A DNA stretch of 64,000 nt from Macrostomum hystrix. Taxonomy: Eukaryota; Animalia; Platyhelminthes. Location: the NCBI GenBank assembly GCA_950097015.1, contig CATNEN010000003.1:11098001-11162000 (forward strand). The letters run 5' to 3'. The position numbers were made by a program, and so were the translations under genes. The first letter of the stretch is position 1; each line of letters opens with the position of its first letter. The notes below the pieces were generated by a model, which saw only the letters and a list, made by a program, of their open reading frames with translations, was not told where the DNA came from and did not search any database. Positions 12,841 to 26,100 of the stretch are shown here, in pieces.

Positions 12841-15800
12841 ATGCTTGGCTGTAAAGTTGCAATAAAAGTACTACTATTGCTAATTAGCTGCTCACCTATG
12901 GTGACAAACCATCAGCCATTGCCTTCTCCAGTGACAGGAGTACCTTCTAGTGGCATCGAACTGGGAGCTACACCGTAAGTCCATCCAGCTCGTGTTGCAG
13001 TTGACATTCCACCAGATAAGTGGATAATTATAGATAATGCAAGCAACTTGTTTACAATACGTAGGCCTCGTTAAGTGCCTAATACTCGTATAGTAGCATC
13101 CGTAAAGTTGAGTTCCATTCCTGCAAAAGTCAAGCAAGAAAAAATAGCTGTATAAATTGAAAATTACAGAACGTAATCCTTGGCTTGAAAACGCTCATAG
13201 TTTAATCATACTCGTACAAACTACCATCTACCATCATCAAACTACGTACCATCAACTTGCCTAAAAGTCACAATGCAAGAATAGTGGACCATCATAGCAC
13301 CTTATTTGTGTGATTGTGCAATATAGTTAATATAGTTCTATATAGACTCCATCGAATACAATCTTAGCAAAACTACTTCTATGTGTTGGTTCGAGTAGTA
13401 TACATAGTCAAATATTTTTAGTGCCACTGTATATTAAAATACGCTCAAAACTAGCTAAGTGAGAATAGCTGCTCAAACACAGGTCGTTCCTAGTCTTGGC
13501 GCCCAGGAAAATTCGTCCCGAGGAGAAACTCGGCATCAGCGCAACCGTATTCCGCATGCTGTACGACAGTCTGACGTTTCGCATCTCAATTCGTCGGCTG
13601 CAGTCCGGCTCAAGTCGGGACGTTGAGATCGACAACGCTGAAGAGACTTTTTTCCAGCCCGGCTCACGAGTTATTCGGCTGAAGGTTTGTCAATTTACAC
13701 TGTTCATATACTTTTGGAAGTCTTCGGGCTCTCTCCCGCGTCTCATCTCTCCCGCGTCTCATCTCTCCCGCGTCTCATCTCTCCCGCGTCTCATCTCTCC
13801 CGCGTCTCATCTCTTCCGCGTCTCATCTCTCCCGCGTCTCATCTCTCCCGCGTCTCATCTCTTCCGCGTCTCATCTCTCTGGCGTCTCATCTCTCCCGCG
13901 TCTCATCTCTTTCGTGTCTCGTCTTTGCGTGTATCATATCTCATATGTTAATATGTTGTCTCTTGATTCTGTAGAGATGATTATTAGGTATGATGAAAAA
14001 TGAAATATCGTACTGTTATTTAATTAGGCTTCTTCTTGTCTTGTTATTTCAGGTACCGGAGAACATTCCTAGCGGCAACTACAGTGTGTTCGTCGAGGGC
14101 TCCGTAAAGTCTTTGGGCGGCCTCGTATTTCAAAATCGAACCGAACTAATATTTGAGCCAAGAGTGTTCTCAACCTACATCCAGTTCTCTAAACCGCTCT
14201 ACGCAATGGGCGATCTAATTAGATTTCGAGTGATTCCATACGAGTTCAACCTGATGGTTAAGAATCGGCTGTTCACTAGCATCGAGATTGTCGATCCCAA
14301 CGGTATCACTGTACGACGCTGGCTCTCGCAGAGGACAAACGCTCGCGGTTACATTGAGCTGAGCTTCCAGTTGCCGCCAACCTGCAGCTTCGGCGAGTGG
14401 AAAGTTCGTTGCAACCGAGAGACTTTTGTTTCCGAGAAAGAGTTCACGGTCAGCTACAATGTTGTGAAAAGCATGGTTGCAGTCAACCTTACTCTGCCGC
14501 TTAGACTGTCAGAGTTCGCTTTCGGAGTCTACGGAATTCTCGAGGCCAATCATTCTACAAATGTGCCTTCACAGGGCAATGCCACAATTCGGCTTGAGTT
14601 TAGACCGAGGGGCTCTAAAACGATCGTTTTGGGGACAATGGAGAAGCAGATTCCATATGTAAGCAAACTCTGGTGCAAATACTGCCCAAGAAATCCGAGC
14701 TAGTTTTATGAGTTGTTGACCACAATTTGATGAGAGATGAGACACGATGAGATAAGATACCCGAGAGGGGAGATGCAAGAGAGATGAGATGCAGAAAAGA
14801 TAAGACGCGGGAGAGATGAGACGCGGGAGAGATGTGACGCGAGAGAGACGAGATGTGGGAGAGATGAGATGTGGGAGAAATGAGACGCGGGAGAGATGAG
14901 ACGCGGGAGAGATGTGACGCGAGAGAAACGAGATGTGGGAGAGATGAGATGTGGGAGAAATGAGACGCGGGAGAGATGAGACGCGGGAGAGATGTGACGC
15001 GAGAGAGACGATACACGAGAGAGATGAGATGTGGGAGAAATGAGACGCGGGAGAGATGAGACGCGGGAGAGATGTGACGCGAGAGAGACGAGACGCGAGA
15101 GAGATGAGATGTGGGAGAAATGAGACGCGGGAGAGATGAGACGTGGAAGAGAGGTGAAAAATTGCTACTACCCTACCATTTCAGTTCCAGGGCCGATCAA
15201 ACTTCCTCTTCACAATGCCAGAGATTCAAGCAGCCTTAAAACTTCCGGACAGACCAGCTGACCTCGACGTATATGGCGAGGCTTTTGTCTTTGATTGGAA
15301 TTTCCTAGTGACGGACAATAACAAGGCGAGAACAGTGATATTTCGAGAGGTGCCTGATCTCAAATTCTTAGGCGGCCGAGTCCGACAGTTCAAACCGGAT
15401 CTTCCCTACACAGCGCTAGTAAGAAGCCATTGCATCTATAGGAGTTTAGAAGTTCACCTATATTCGCGTGTATTAGAATATTAGTGTCTAGGAAAGTGCT
15501 ATACTCTTTTCAGATCCGAATTTTCCAAGCCGACGGTCGCAGGCCGGACTTCCGCTATCGGCACGTCAGCATTGAGGTGTACTGCGACACCAGCACTCTG
15601 GTGAATGTGGAACGTCGCTTGCCAATTCCAGATGACTCCGTGGTTCGATACACGATACAGACTAGCAGAAACTGCACAAACTACAGGCTGTTTGCTATGC
15701 TGCAATCTTCAGCTACATCTCTAGCGAGAACAGCTGAACAATTCGTCTTTCGACACTACTCAGCCTCTGGAGAATACCTTCGAATCACAACGTCAACAGA

Positions 15801-18800
15801 ACAGCCAACTGTGGATCGCTACATGGTGTTCAACGTGCGCAGCACTTACTACACGCCCCAGATTCACTACCTGATCCAGTCTGGTGGAAACATTCTGTCT
15901 AGCGACATCATCAACATGCCGGCAGGAGTGTTGTCAAAGACATTCTCCATTGCTATTTCTCGCGAGATGGTCCCAGTGGCCCGGGTAGTAGCCTACTACA
16001 TGAAACTCGACGGAGAGCTTGTGACGGACTCATTCACCTTCTTTGTTGAGCTGCTCAGCAAAAACTCGGTCAAATTAAGCATCTTCCAGGGCTCGGATCT
16101 GTCTGGAAAGACGGTCACGGGCTGGGTGTCGGGAGCCGCTCCCGGGTCATTCACACTGCTCTCAGCGATTCCCTACGACTTGTATTTGAGATATGGATCC
16201 AGGGTCATTCTAGAACCCAACACGGTGCGAGTAAAATGATTACGATACATTTCCAAATGAGCAATCACCGTTTACGATGACGCTTTTCATAATTTCAGCT
16301 ACTCGAAGAGCTAATTCAGTACGAGAGTTTCGCCGATCAGCCACTGAGGTACCGTTGGTTTGATGACATCTCCGACACGCCAAAGGCGAGGTATTTCCCA
16401 TCGCACAGTCTGGGACCAGATGCCAACAAGACTATGAACTTCTCTGGATTGATCATGTTCACAGATACCAACTACAGCCGAGTGTCCTTCTGGAGTAAGA
16501 TAAACAAATGCGTTTGTTATTGCTTTTGTTTTTTATTGCTGTTGTTAAGTAGAAAATGGGAAATTTCAGTTAGACAGGCACAAGATGCTAATGAGACAGA
16601 TGCGAATGTACTCACAAATAAGTTTGGTATTCTAAGGTATTTAAAATGCCGACACTTACCAGCCACATGCTCAACCAGCCCTTATTTTTCTATCTTCATG
16701 AAGAGTTAAACCCTCCGCTGCATACCATCACGGGTGTACGAGGGGTGTCCCAAAAGTAGTGTCACTTTTGCCTTTTAAACTCATAATACTTAACTAGAAA
16801 GAATAGTGGATAAGTACGACGTAGTTCCAGAGTTACGAACTCGAGGCCGTTGGTTCCAGACACAGACACGCTACTGTCAGTAAAGAATCGAATGTACTTT
16901 CCAGATACGTGCAACGAGACCCTGAACCCGGACAGAGCATTTCCCTGCTATACAAAACCCGATGAGTGCTACGGCTATCGACACAAATGCGACGGAAAAA
17001 TTGACTGTCTCACTGGTGTCGACGAAATGAACTGCGAGAAAGACGACTTCAAAGCCATTCCAGGATATGTGGAGCCCTATTTCGAGTTTATGTTCCGACA
17101 TTTCATTTATGACGACAAATGGCTTTGGCAGGATGTCTACATAAAGTAGGACTTCTTAAAAAGTGATTTATTTTTACCTAGAATAAATGTGGGGTTGTAG
17201 CCCAATGGATAGAGCGCGGGTTCGATTCCTGACTCCGCTGAAACAATTTGTGTCCTTTAGCAAGACACTTAAGTGTACATTACTTTAGTTCAACCAGATA
17301 TTAAATAGGTACCAGCATTAGCTGGGGCATTTGATGGTGGGTTTGGCATCCCCCAGTCCACGGACTGAACAGCCGTACGCAGCATTCAGATGCGCAGCGC
17401 GATAGCTGCGGCTGTGCTGTTAACTGCACATCTGCCCGATTAGTGCGCGGGTGTAAACAATTATTGTTTTTGTATTAATTTTTAAAGAAGAAACACAAGT
17501 AGATTGATGTTTGCGACAAGATGATTTTAACAGTACGATAATTATTACTCACTGCTCTAAGTTAATAATCGCGTCCCACAAACGATTTCCCTCAGACCGT
17601 TTCCGGGTGGCAATGTGCCGATAAAAACTGCCACCGTTCCCAAGCTAGAAACAGCCTGGGTTGTCGGAGCTGTGACCATCGATCCAGAAAACGGCATCCA
17701 GGTGCAGGAGGATCCCACTATGTTCACATCAACGAGGCGTTTCTACATGAGACTGGAAGTGCCGAAATCGGCTTTCTGGGGCGAACAGCTCGGAGTTCGT
17801 GTGGCGCTCTTTAACAGATGGGACTATTGGATCGAGGTAAGTAATTTGAGTGGTCTAAGATGGAAAGCGAAGAACTGATAGTTAAAACTGTGTGCCATTT
17901 CATTGTTTCAGGTGCTTGTTGAACTGAAAAAGAGTCCAAACTACGACTTCGTGTCTGTTGGACCTCGCGGCCAAGTGATCAGCTACTCGCCTGATCTAGT
18001 ATCCAACGCAAATGTCCACACAATGGTCTATCTGAAGGCTGGTGGGCATAAGATGATCTACTTTCCGATTTTGCCTCGACATACAGGCACCGTGACAGTA
18101 ACACTGTGCACCTATTCATTTATTGGCGGCGAGTGTGACACAGCTTCGATTCCAATTTCGGTACGAAGCGTTAATAATAAAAGTAATAATAATAACTGTT
18201 GGAGCGCTGCGGGCAAAGCCACATCATTTGGTGACACTAGACCCGCAGCCAGCGGGGAGGCAGTTCTGCCCATTTCGCTGACTCCTAAACACCCACGCAC
18301 GCAGATACCGTACGCAGGCACACGCTCACACTGGTGTGTAACATCTGCCCTGACTTTCTCATCGTCAGGCTGTGTGCACTTTCGCTGTGCCTTGAAGGTT
18401 GGCCCTTCAAGGGCGTAATTTGCACGAAAAGCCTCCTAGACTTCTCTCCGCGGCCTCGCCGCGGAAACGAGCTCTGGGACCTCAGTGCGAGTGCCAAACG
18501 CCTTAATTATCCGCTCCGCTCTTTTGGTGGCTCGATTATACTTCGATACGCAGCCGCAAAGAGGTGGGGGTTTGTGGGGCTTGTGAAATTCACATCTACG
18601 AGTATGATTGTCAAACCCCGAGGCTCAGTGAAAATCGAAGCTGCTTTAAGATTTACACTGTACACAGCCAAACGAGAAACTTATCGTCAGTGCTCAGAGC
18701 CACCTTCGAAGTAAAAGAAAAATATAACTCCTATAGTATTACAGTGAGTGCGCATACTCGTACTTGCAGATAAACGGCGTGTCCAACTCGTACAGCTCTC

Positions 18801-21800
18801 CAATCCTAGTTGATCTGGTCGACAACTCTGAATTGCTGGCTCAGAATTTCTACATCATCGCCGAAGAGTCGTTTGTTGAGCCAGAGAAACGCTGGAGACG
18901 TTTCGTCCCAGGCTCGAAGGGCGCCATTCTGACAGTGGTTGGCGACATAGTCGGACCAACCATCGGACCGAACGAGCCGTACTGTGATGCCTACTGTTCC
19001 TCCTGGAAGCCGGTGGGCTCGGCAGAAAGTGTCCTGTTCAACATCAACAGAAATGTCCAGATGCTCCACTATCTTCGAATGACTAAGCAGCTTCAGGCAG
19101 GGATGCTTGAGAAGACGCTGACCTATGTGAACTCGCAATTCGCGAGGTTGACATTTTTTATCGAGCCCACTAGCGGCGGAATTTCAAACTTTCCTGAACG
19201 ATTTGGCAATGAAACTAGTACTTTTCTGACAGCATTAGGTCTGTTCACTTTGGCTGAGACTTCATTCTCAGAGTGGGACCTCATCACTCACATCAGTGAA
19301 GACATATTTGAAAAGTTGCTACTGTACTTAAATAGGACTCAAGTACGAAACGGAGATCCAGAGTTCTACGGTTCTTTTGAAGACTCGATAAAATGGGATC
19401 TGAAGTACTTCAACATCTACATTAATGATCAACCAGCTGATCCGGCGTATCACCCTTACCTGGAGCGAGTCACGATAACAGCCCTGTCGGTAATGGCTAC
19501 CCATCATTCCAGCATTCCAAAGCCACTCGGACCTTTGGCTTCCACCATTGGCAAAGCGGCGCTGTCCTATTTACGCCGCCACCTAAGCAAGATGGTCAAC
19601 AATGCCCTCTGCCTCGCGATGACAGCCTACGCACTAACCTTCGACGATGGTGCGTCTTACAAGTTTGCGGCCAGAGACATGCTTCTAGCGTCGGCTCGCA
19701 CGGACAACTACATGTACTGGGCCGTGCGACAGTTGCGGCCGCTCATCCGGGAGCCGGACACGGCCGGAAAGGTGGTCATCAAGCCGAGAATCGAATGGCC
19801 AAACGACGCGTTTGCGGTGGAAGCAACCGCATTCGCTCTGTTGGCCTTATTCAAGACTGGTTCGCCAATGTCTGACGTTGCATTGCGAAGGAACATCACC
19901 AAGATTGTCAACTTTCTATCAGAGACAAAAAATAATGCCAAGGGTTGGATATCAACTCAGGATACCCTGATAGCCATCAGGGCTTTGAGAGAGATCGCCC
20001 AGCTGGACCTCAACCGAGTAATCTACAACATGCGAGTGGACATTGCGCCGATCTCTGACATTAGCAAAGCTAGGTCTATTTTTCTCGATGGCAGCAATCT
20101 CACAATACCGCAGACCTTCACTCTAGGCAACGATGACACGTGGGGAGAGATAATGGTTCGAGCAACTGGGAGCGGCAGAGCAGTTTTGCAACTATACGTC
20201 AGGAAAAGTGTTGAAAATGAGTTTCAGGTAAAGAACGCCGTGGATCCACTCTCACCGTCGGATTCGCTGCACGTTTTCGATGTGACTTGTGTGCCACATT
20301 TCGCTGGTAAGAACGGCAGCTTGCTGCACATGACATCCTGCGCCCGGTGAGTGAGTGGGATAGTATTCCTGATTGCAACTTCAGTAACCTTCCATGTTTA
20401 TTTTTTTATACAATTCTATACTTCAGCTGGCTCTGGACAGAACGATCAGAGACTAGCGGCATGGCGATAATCTCCTACACCATTCCTTCCGGATTCTTTG
20501 CCAGCAACTATAAGTGGCGCAATTTTGTACAGCAATCTAATGTCAGAGGTTTAAGGCACATCTGGGAGTCTGGAAGCACTGTTAATCTGTTCTTTTCCAA
20601 TGTTTGTACTATGAAATTACTTATTTGCTGTAAATCTATCATAATTTTGCCTGACTGCGCTTATCAGAGTAAATATGTACTTAATTTTTCAGATCACTTC
20701 AACGGAGACCACGTGTGTGACACTCACATTTCCTCGGTTCTTTCCTGTGGCAAACATCACCCTTGAGCAACAGTGCCAAGTCTATGAGTACTTCGAGAAT
20801 AGTACGGAAATTCAATTATACTGATCTACAAGTATAAGGCTCCTTATCTACGTCGAAAAAGTCCATTCTATGGCTCGTTATCTACGTCGATAAAGTCCAT
20901 TCTATGGCTCGTTATCTACGTCGATAAAGTCCATTCTATGGCTCGTTATCTACGTCGATAAAGTCCTTTCTATGGCTCATTATCTACGTCGATAAAGTCC
21001 ATTCTGTAGCTCGTTATCTACGTCGATAATGTCCATTCTATGGCTCGTTATCTACGTCGATAATGTCCATTCTATGGCTCGTTATCTACGTCGATAATGT
21101 CCATTCTATGGCTCATTATCTACGTCGATAAAGTCCATTCTATGGCTCGTTATCTACGTCGATAAAGTCCATTCTATGGCTCATTATCTACGTCGATAAA
21201 GTCCATTCTATGGCTCATTATCTACGTCGATAAAGTCCATTCTATGGCTCATTATCTACGTCGATAAAGTCCATTCTATGGCTCGTTATCTACGTCGATA
21301 AAGTCCATTCTATGGCTCGTTATCTACGTCCATAAAGTCCATTCTATGGCTCGTTATCTACGTCCATAAAGTCCACTCTATGGCTCGTCGATAAAGAACT
21401 TTCTAAAGCCCATTATGAACGTCGATAAAGTCCTTTCTACAGCTCCTTATCTACCTCGATAATTTCAATTGAATAGTTCCTTATCTACGACAATAATTTC
21501 CTTTCCATGGCTCCTTATCTACGAAGATAAATCTAAGCTTTGAAGTTTATGGAGGTTTCTGTTGCCATCTAATGTCAAACGCAGATCAAACATTTATTGA
21601 GATCCATACTTGATTTAAACTCTATTTTTCTCCAAAACCAACAGACAACGGAAATTTCAGCATGTACAGAGCTACTAGCCTACACAGCACCGACATCTGC
21701 AAAGTGTGCGGCTCATTCCAGTGTCCCTACTGCCCGGATTACAACACCGCTGTCAAGCTGAGTGACCTTCGATCAACTGCGCTGACAATAATTGCACTGC

Positions 21801-21844
21801 TGTGCCTAGCCCTTAATAAATCAGATTGTTCAAATAATGTTTAA
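12841..21844 (+). CDS. Mcr: Macroglobulin complement-related protein (Mcr/TEP6-like, alpha-2-macroglobulin superfamily), paralog 1
   Basis: Exons 12841-12974 (signal peptide MLGCKVAIKVLLLLISCS), 13483-13684, 14053-14658, 15185-15418, 15514-16224, 16299-16494, 16905-17145, 17596-17836, 17912-18160, 18770-20346, 20427-20601, 20693-20801, 21645-21844; GT-AG, phase-compatible. Motifs: KPLYAMGDLIRFRV, FVPGS..VVGDIVGP, LDLa module (CDGKIDCLTGVDEMNC), GSAES at the thioester position, GWISTQDT, ICKVCGSFQCPYC, hydrophobic C-tail. Confidence 0.92.
13728..13925 (+). repeat. 16-bp minisatellite (tctcatctctcccgcg)n
   Basis: About 12 units in Mcr-1 intron 2. Confidence 0.95.
14730..15155 (-). repeat. 16-bp minisatellite (cgcgggagagatgaga)n, reverse complement of the intron-2 array
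   Basis: About 26 units in Mcr-1 intron 3. Confidence 0.95.
16737..16775. mobile_element. Isolated mariner-type terminal inverted repeat fragment
   Basis: ta-cgaggggtgtcccaaaagt resembles mariner TIR starts (compare tacaaggggcattcaataagt, the reverse complement of the end at 46132); no partner end seen. Confidence 0.4.
17191..17467 (+). mobile_element. tRNA-derived SINE family B (CORE-like central domain), copy 1
   Basis: A box tagcccaatgg, B box ggttcgattcc, tgtgtcctttagcaagacactt and aaataggtaccagc motifs; second copy at 23428-23709. Confidence 0.8.
18174..18520 (-). mobile_element. tRNA-derived SINE family A, copy 6 (diverged)
   Basis: Aligns to copy 1; in Mcr-1 intron 9. Confidence 0.85.
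20840..21530. repeat. 34-bp minisatellite (tctacgtcgataaagtccattctatggctcgtta)n
   Basis: About 16 clean units plus decaying 3' units in the last Mcr-1 intron. Confidence 0.95.
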
Positions 21845-23186
21845 CAATTCACTTTAAACAAAGGTATAGGCAACGAGCACGTAGTTAATTATACCAATTA
21901 TATGTCGTATTCATACCAAATTGTATGCGTAGAAATGTACACGGCAGAAATATTGCAACCCGTTTTTTTATTTTTTTTGTTTAAACGTAGATGCAGTTTT
22001 TGTAAAATTAAACGCTCAAATACTTTTTACTTTCGACTGATGTCCTTCAGTTCATCTAAATTTGCGTCGATACGAAAAATAACTGGGACTTTAAAAACGC
22101 AAAAATATATTAAACATTTGCCGTAAGCAAGCAGCCTTTCATAAAATGTGTTCGAAGACCAAAATACTAAATTTAGAGTACACGCTTTTGGCTATAATTT
22201 TTTAACTTGTTTGATTCATTACTTCGATTAGTATTTGCCGATGCAGTGTGGAATACTTTAAGCCAGTCACGATGCACGGCGATAACTTTGCAGTGTACTT
22301 TAAGAGCTGCAACTGGGGCGCCGAACATGTGACTGCTTTTAAAATGCGTGCCTTTTCAAGTTGGCCGACGGAGTTCAGATCAGATGAGTCGGGGTACGTA
22401 GTCGTATCGAAATTTTGAAAGTCTATCTTATTTTTTTAAAATATGTTTCCAATTTAAAAAAATATTAATTAATTAGGTTAATGTAATCAAAAACAGATCA
22501 GAAGGCTAGGTTCATACTAAATAGGCTAATTAGAACCTTATGAAAATGGTACCATCTTTATTCAATCTCTTCTCTCCCTTGTCCTTATCACGACTAGTTA
22601 AAAAAGCAGCAGCAGTTGGTTGTAGGTTGTGCACAGATACCGCTAGTGAGAGCCAGGTACGGTAGTGTAGTTAGACAGGCACAAACTCTGCTGCTTCTTG
22701 ATCTATTGCCGCCTGTAATTTCTTACAATCTCTTGCTCTAAGAATCAAAGAAGCACTCAACCAAGTGATTTTCCTTCCCTCTATCTCTATATTTTGAGAA
22801 TGAAATCATTTTTAATGACTTTAGAGCTAACGTTTTAATTTTAGTCTGCGTTCGGTTCAGCAGCAGAAGTGAAGTTCGTTTCACAGCGGCAATCGACTGG
22901 ATCAATCTAGTTTTAGGCATACCGCCCACTGTCTCAAGCATTGAGTCCTTCTCAAACGCTATTTATAGCAGACTTTGAGCACTTCAACTTTGAACTGTAG
23001 TATAGGAATTGCCACTTAGTTAAGCTAAAGTCATCACAGAATTTTCGAATATTTATCATTGGTTTGACTAGTGAAAATATCAGAGTCCATACTCTGTCAG
23101 ATATCAATGGAAGAAGCACTATTTAATTGAATTTTATGTCAAAACCAGAGACAGTATTTGATAAAGAAACCAAGGTACCGCGTGCC

Positions 23187-26100
23187 ATGACCAGTACTCA
23201 GAGTGTGTCAAGACTCAGTGTCAGCTGCGTTTCCATTGCTTTGGTAATTGTTCCTCTGCTGCTACTATTGATTTATTGTCCTGTAATTGCTGTACAGCAG
23301 CAGCAAAAACAGGCGATCGGATTTCTTCCACAATCGTCTATTCAGCTCTCGTCAGCTCCGTAAGTTTTGCTTCTGCTGACCTAACCAACACAACTTCATT
23401 GCCAATTCCAATAGAATGCGCGAAATCTAATAAAGCAATTACACTTGCCCCTATTGGGCCAGATGTGCAGCCGACAGCACAGCCGCAGCTATTGCGCGGC
23501 GCATATGAAGGCTTCTTACGGCTGTTCAGTCCATGGACTGGGGGGACGCCACACCCGCCCTCAATTACCCCAGCTAATGCTGGTACCCATTTAACAGCTG
23601 GGTGAACTAAAGCAACTGAAGTAGTTTAGTGTCTTGTTTCAGTGGAGTTGGGAATCGAACCCCGGACCTTGGAGTCGCAATTCCGACGCTCTTACCACTA
23701 GGCTACAACATTCTCAACAAACTTCAGAGGGTATAAACCCTCTGAAACCATTCGGTGCTTCAGATATTGTTTCGTAATACATCAACCCTGGTTTGGGTGT
23801 GTCAGACATTGTTTCGTAAGGCATCAATTCTGGTTTGGGTGTGTCAGACATTGTTTCGTAAGGTATCAACCCTGGTTAAGATGCCAGACATTGTTTCGTC
23901 ATCAACCCTGGTTTGGGTGGGACAGACATTGTTTCTGAGGGAATGCATTTCGGAGCATTACTGTGGATTTAGGGGTCGCCGATCAGTGGTGGCAGAAAGC
24001 TGTACAGCAAACGCCGAACACAATTTTACACCCCGCATTCAGAACGTATCTCCTGCTGGCGCCAAAGAAGATTCGGCCCGACCAGCAGTTGCGCATTGCT
24101 GTCACTGTGTTCCGACTGCTCTATAAAAGCTTGTCGTTTCGAGTGTCGCTGAGAGTGCGGCCGGAGTCCAAAGCGGGAAAGTCGAACCCGGAGCCTGAGA
24201 GGGAGCTGGCTTTCACGCAGGAGACATTTGTCAGGCCGACAACAAGGCCGCTGTTTCTGTCGGTGAGTCATTCCCTCAAAAAACCATGGTGACGCCCTAT
24301 GTTTTTAGATACTAAAATGAAAATTGCTGGCAAAATATTTTTCGTTGAATCGAAAGTTGTAATCTAAAAAAATTGTCAATTTGAAGTGCTTCGCCTTTTC
24401 ACCGTTAAATATTTTGCTCTGCGGCGCAATGCCGAAATCGAGTTTGAGCATTGATAAGATCTAGCCGTTTCGACTTTCTGCTCCGAAAATAGAAACTTAA
24501 ATTAACACTCGTTGATAATGTAGAAAAACTGCTGAGAAATTGTTTCTGAAACTGTGATTGCTAAAATATTAGATGGCGCCTGCTGGGTTTGACCTAATTG
24601 GCGATCAACTAATAGGATCTACACAGAATCAACGGCTTTATCCTGTCGAGAGTCCGTAACCGAGGTGCAAAAAACGTCACGCCTCAACAATCAGATGACC
24701 AAAAATCCTTTAATCCGAATTCATTCTCCGTAATCAATGCTGGCACTCCTAAATTCCATGATAGCACTCCTAAATTCCATGATGGCACTCCTAAATCCAT
24801 GATGGCACTCCTAAATCCATGATGGCACTCCTAAATTCCTTGATAGCACTCCTAAATCCATGATGGCACTCCTAAATCCATGAAGGCACTTCTAAATCCA
24901 TGATGGCACACCTAAATCCATGATAGCACTCCTAAATCCATGATGGCACACCTAAATCCATGATAGCACTCCTAAATCCATGATAGCACTCCTAAATCCA
25001 TGATAGCACTCCTAAATCCATGATGGCACTCCTAAATCTATGATGGCACTCCTAAATCTATGATAGCACTCCTAAATCCATGATGGCACTCCTAAATCTA
25101 TGATAGCACTCCTAAATCCATGATGGCACTCCTAAATCCATGATAGCACTCCTAAATCTATGATAGCACTCCTAAATCCATGATAGCACTCCTAAATCCA
25201 TGATGGCACTCCTAAATCCATGATAGCACTCCTGAATCCATGAAAGCACTCCTAAATTCCATGATAGCACTCCTGAATCCATGATGGCACTCCTTAATCC
25301 ATAATGGCACACCTATTGAAATACTTATTCGAACAGTCGAAATACTTATCGCAATACACCCCAGACCGCTCACTAACATTCCAGGTGCCAGAAAGTGCTC
25401 CAATGGGCAATTACAGCATCGTTGTCGAAGGATCCGTTGAGTCCATGGGCGGCTTACTGTTCCAAAACCGAACTGAACTTCTATTTGAGCCGAGACTGTT
25501 CTCAACATTCATTCAGTTTTCCAAGCCAATTTATGCAATGGGCGACCTTATAAAGTTTCGAGTTATACCCTACGAAGTGAATCTGATGGTAAAGAATCGA
25601 GTATTCACCACCATAGAAGTTGTCGACTCGAACGGTATCGCTGTTAGACGATGGCTGTCGCCTAGAAACAATGCCAGAGGTTTTGTTGAGCTCAGCTTCC
25701 AATTGCCGCCAACTTGCAGCCACGGCGAGTGGAAGGTTCGATGCAGCAGAGAAACCTTCTTCGCGGAGAAGTCTTTCACAGTGTTCTACAATACGAACAG
25801 CGGCCCCCTGTCTGTTAATATTAGCCTGCCGCAAAAGCTGTCTGCTCGTGCATTCGGTGTCTATGGGATTTTGGAGGCCAATCATACTACCAATGCGCCA
25901 ACCTCGGGCAATGCAACGATACGCTTGCAGTTCCGCATTAGAGGAGCATCAGCTACGACGCCACCATTGGCTACTATGTGGAAATACATCCCATATGTGA
26001 GTACCCTGTGCGGCATTTTCCAAAATCAAAGGTAGCTCGTTTTCCAAAACCAAAATAAAAAATAATTTCTCCGTTCAGTTCAAAGGAAGAGCTTCGTTTC

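Noticed and set aside
20840-21530. 34-, 32- and 37-bp repeats as CRISPR arrays
   Set aside because: Head-to-tail units with no unique spacers, no cas genes, and a eukaryotic context.
23640-23709. tRNA-like sequences here and at the SINE A heads
   Set aside because: No complete cloverleaf; they continue into shared SINE bodies, so they are SINE heads rather than tRNA genes.
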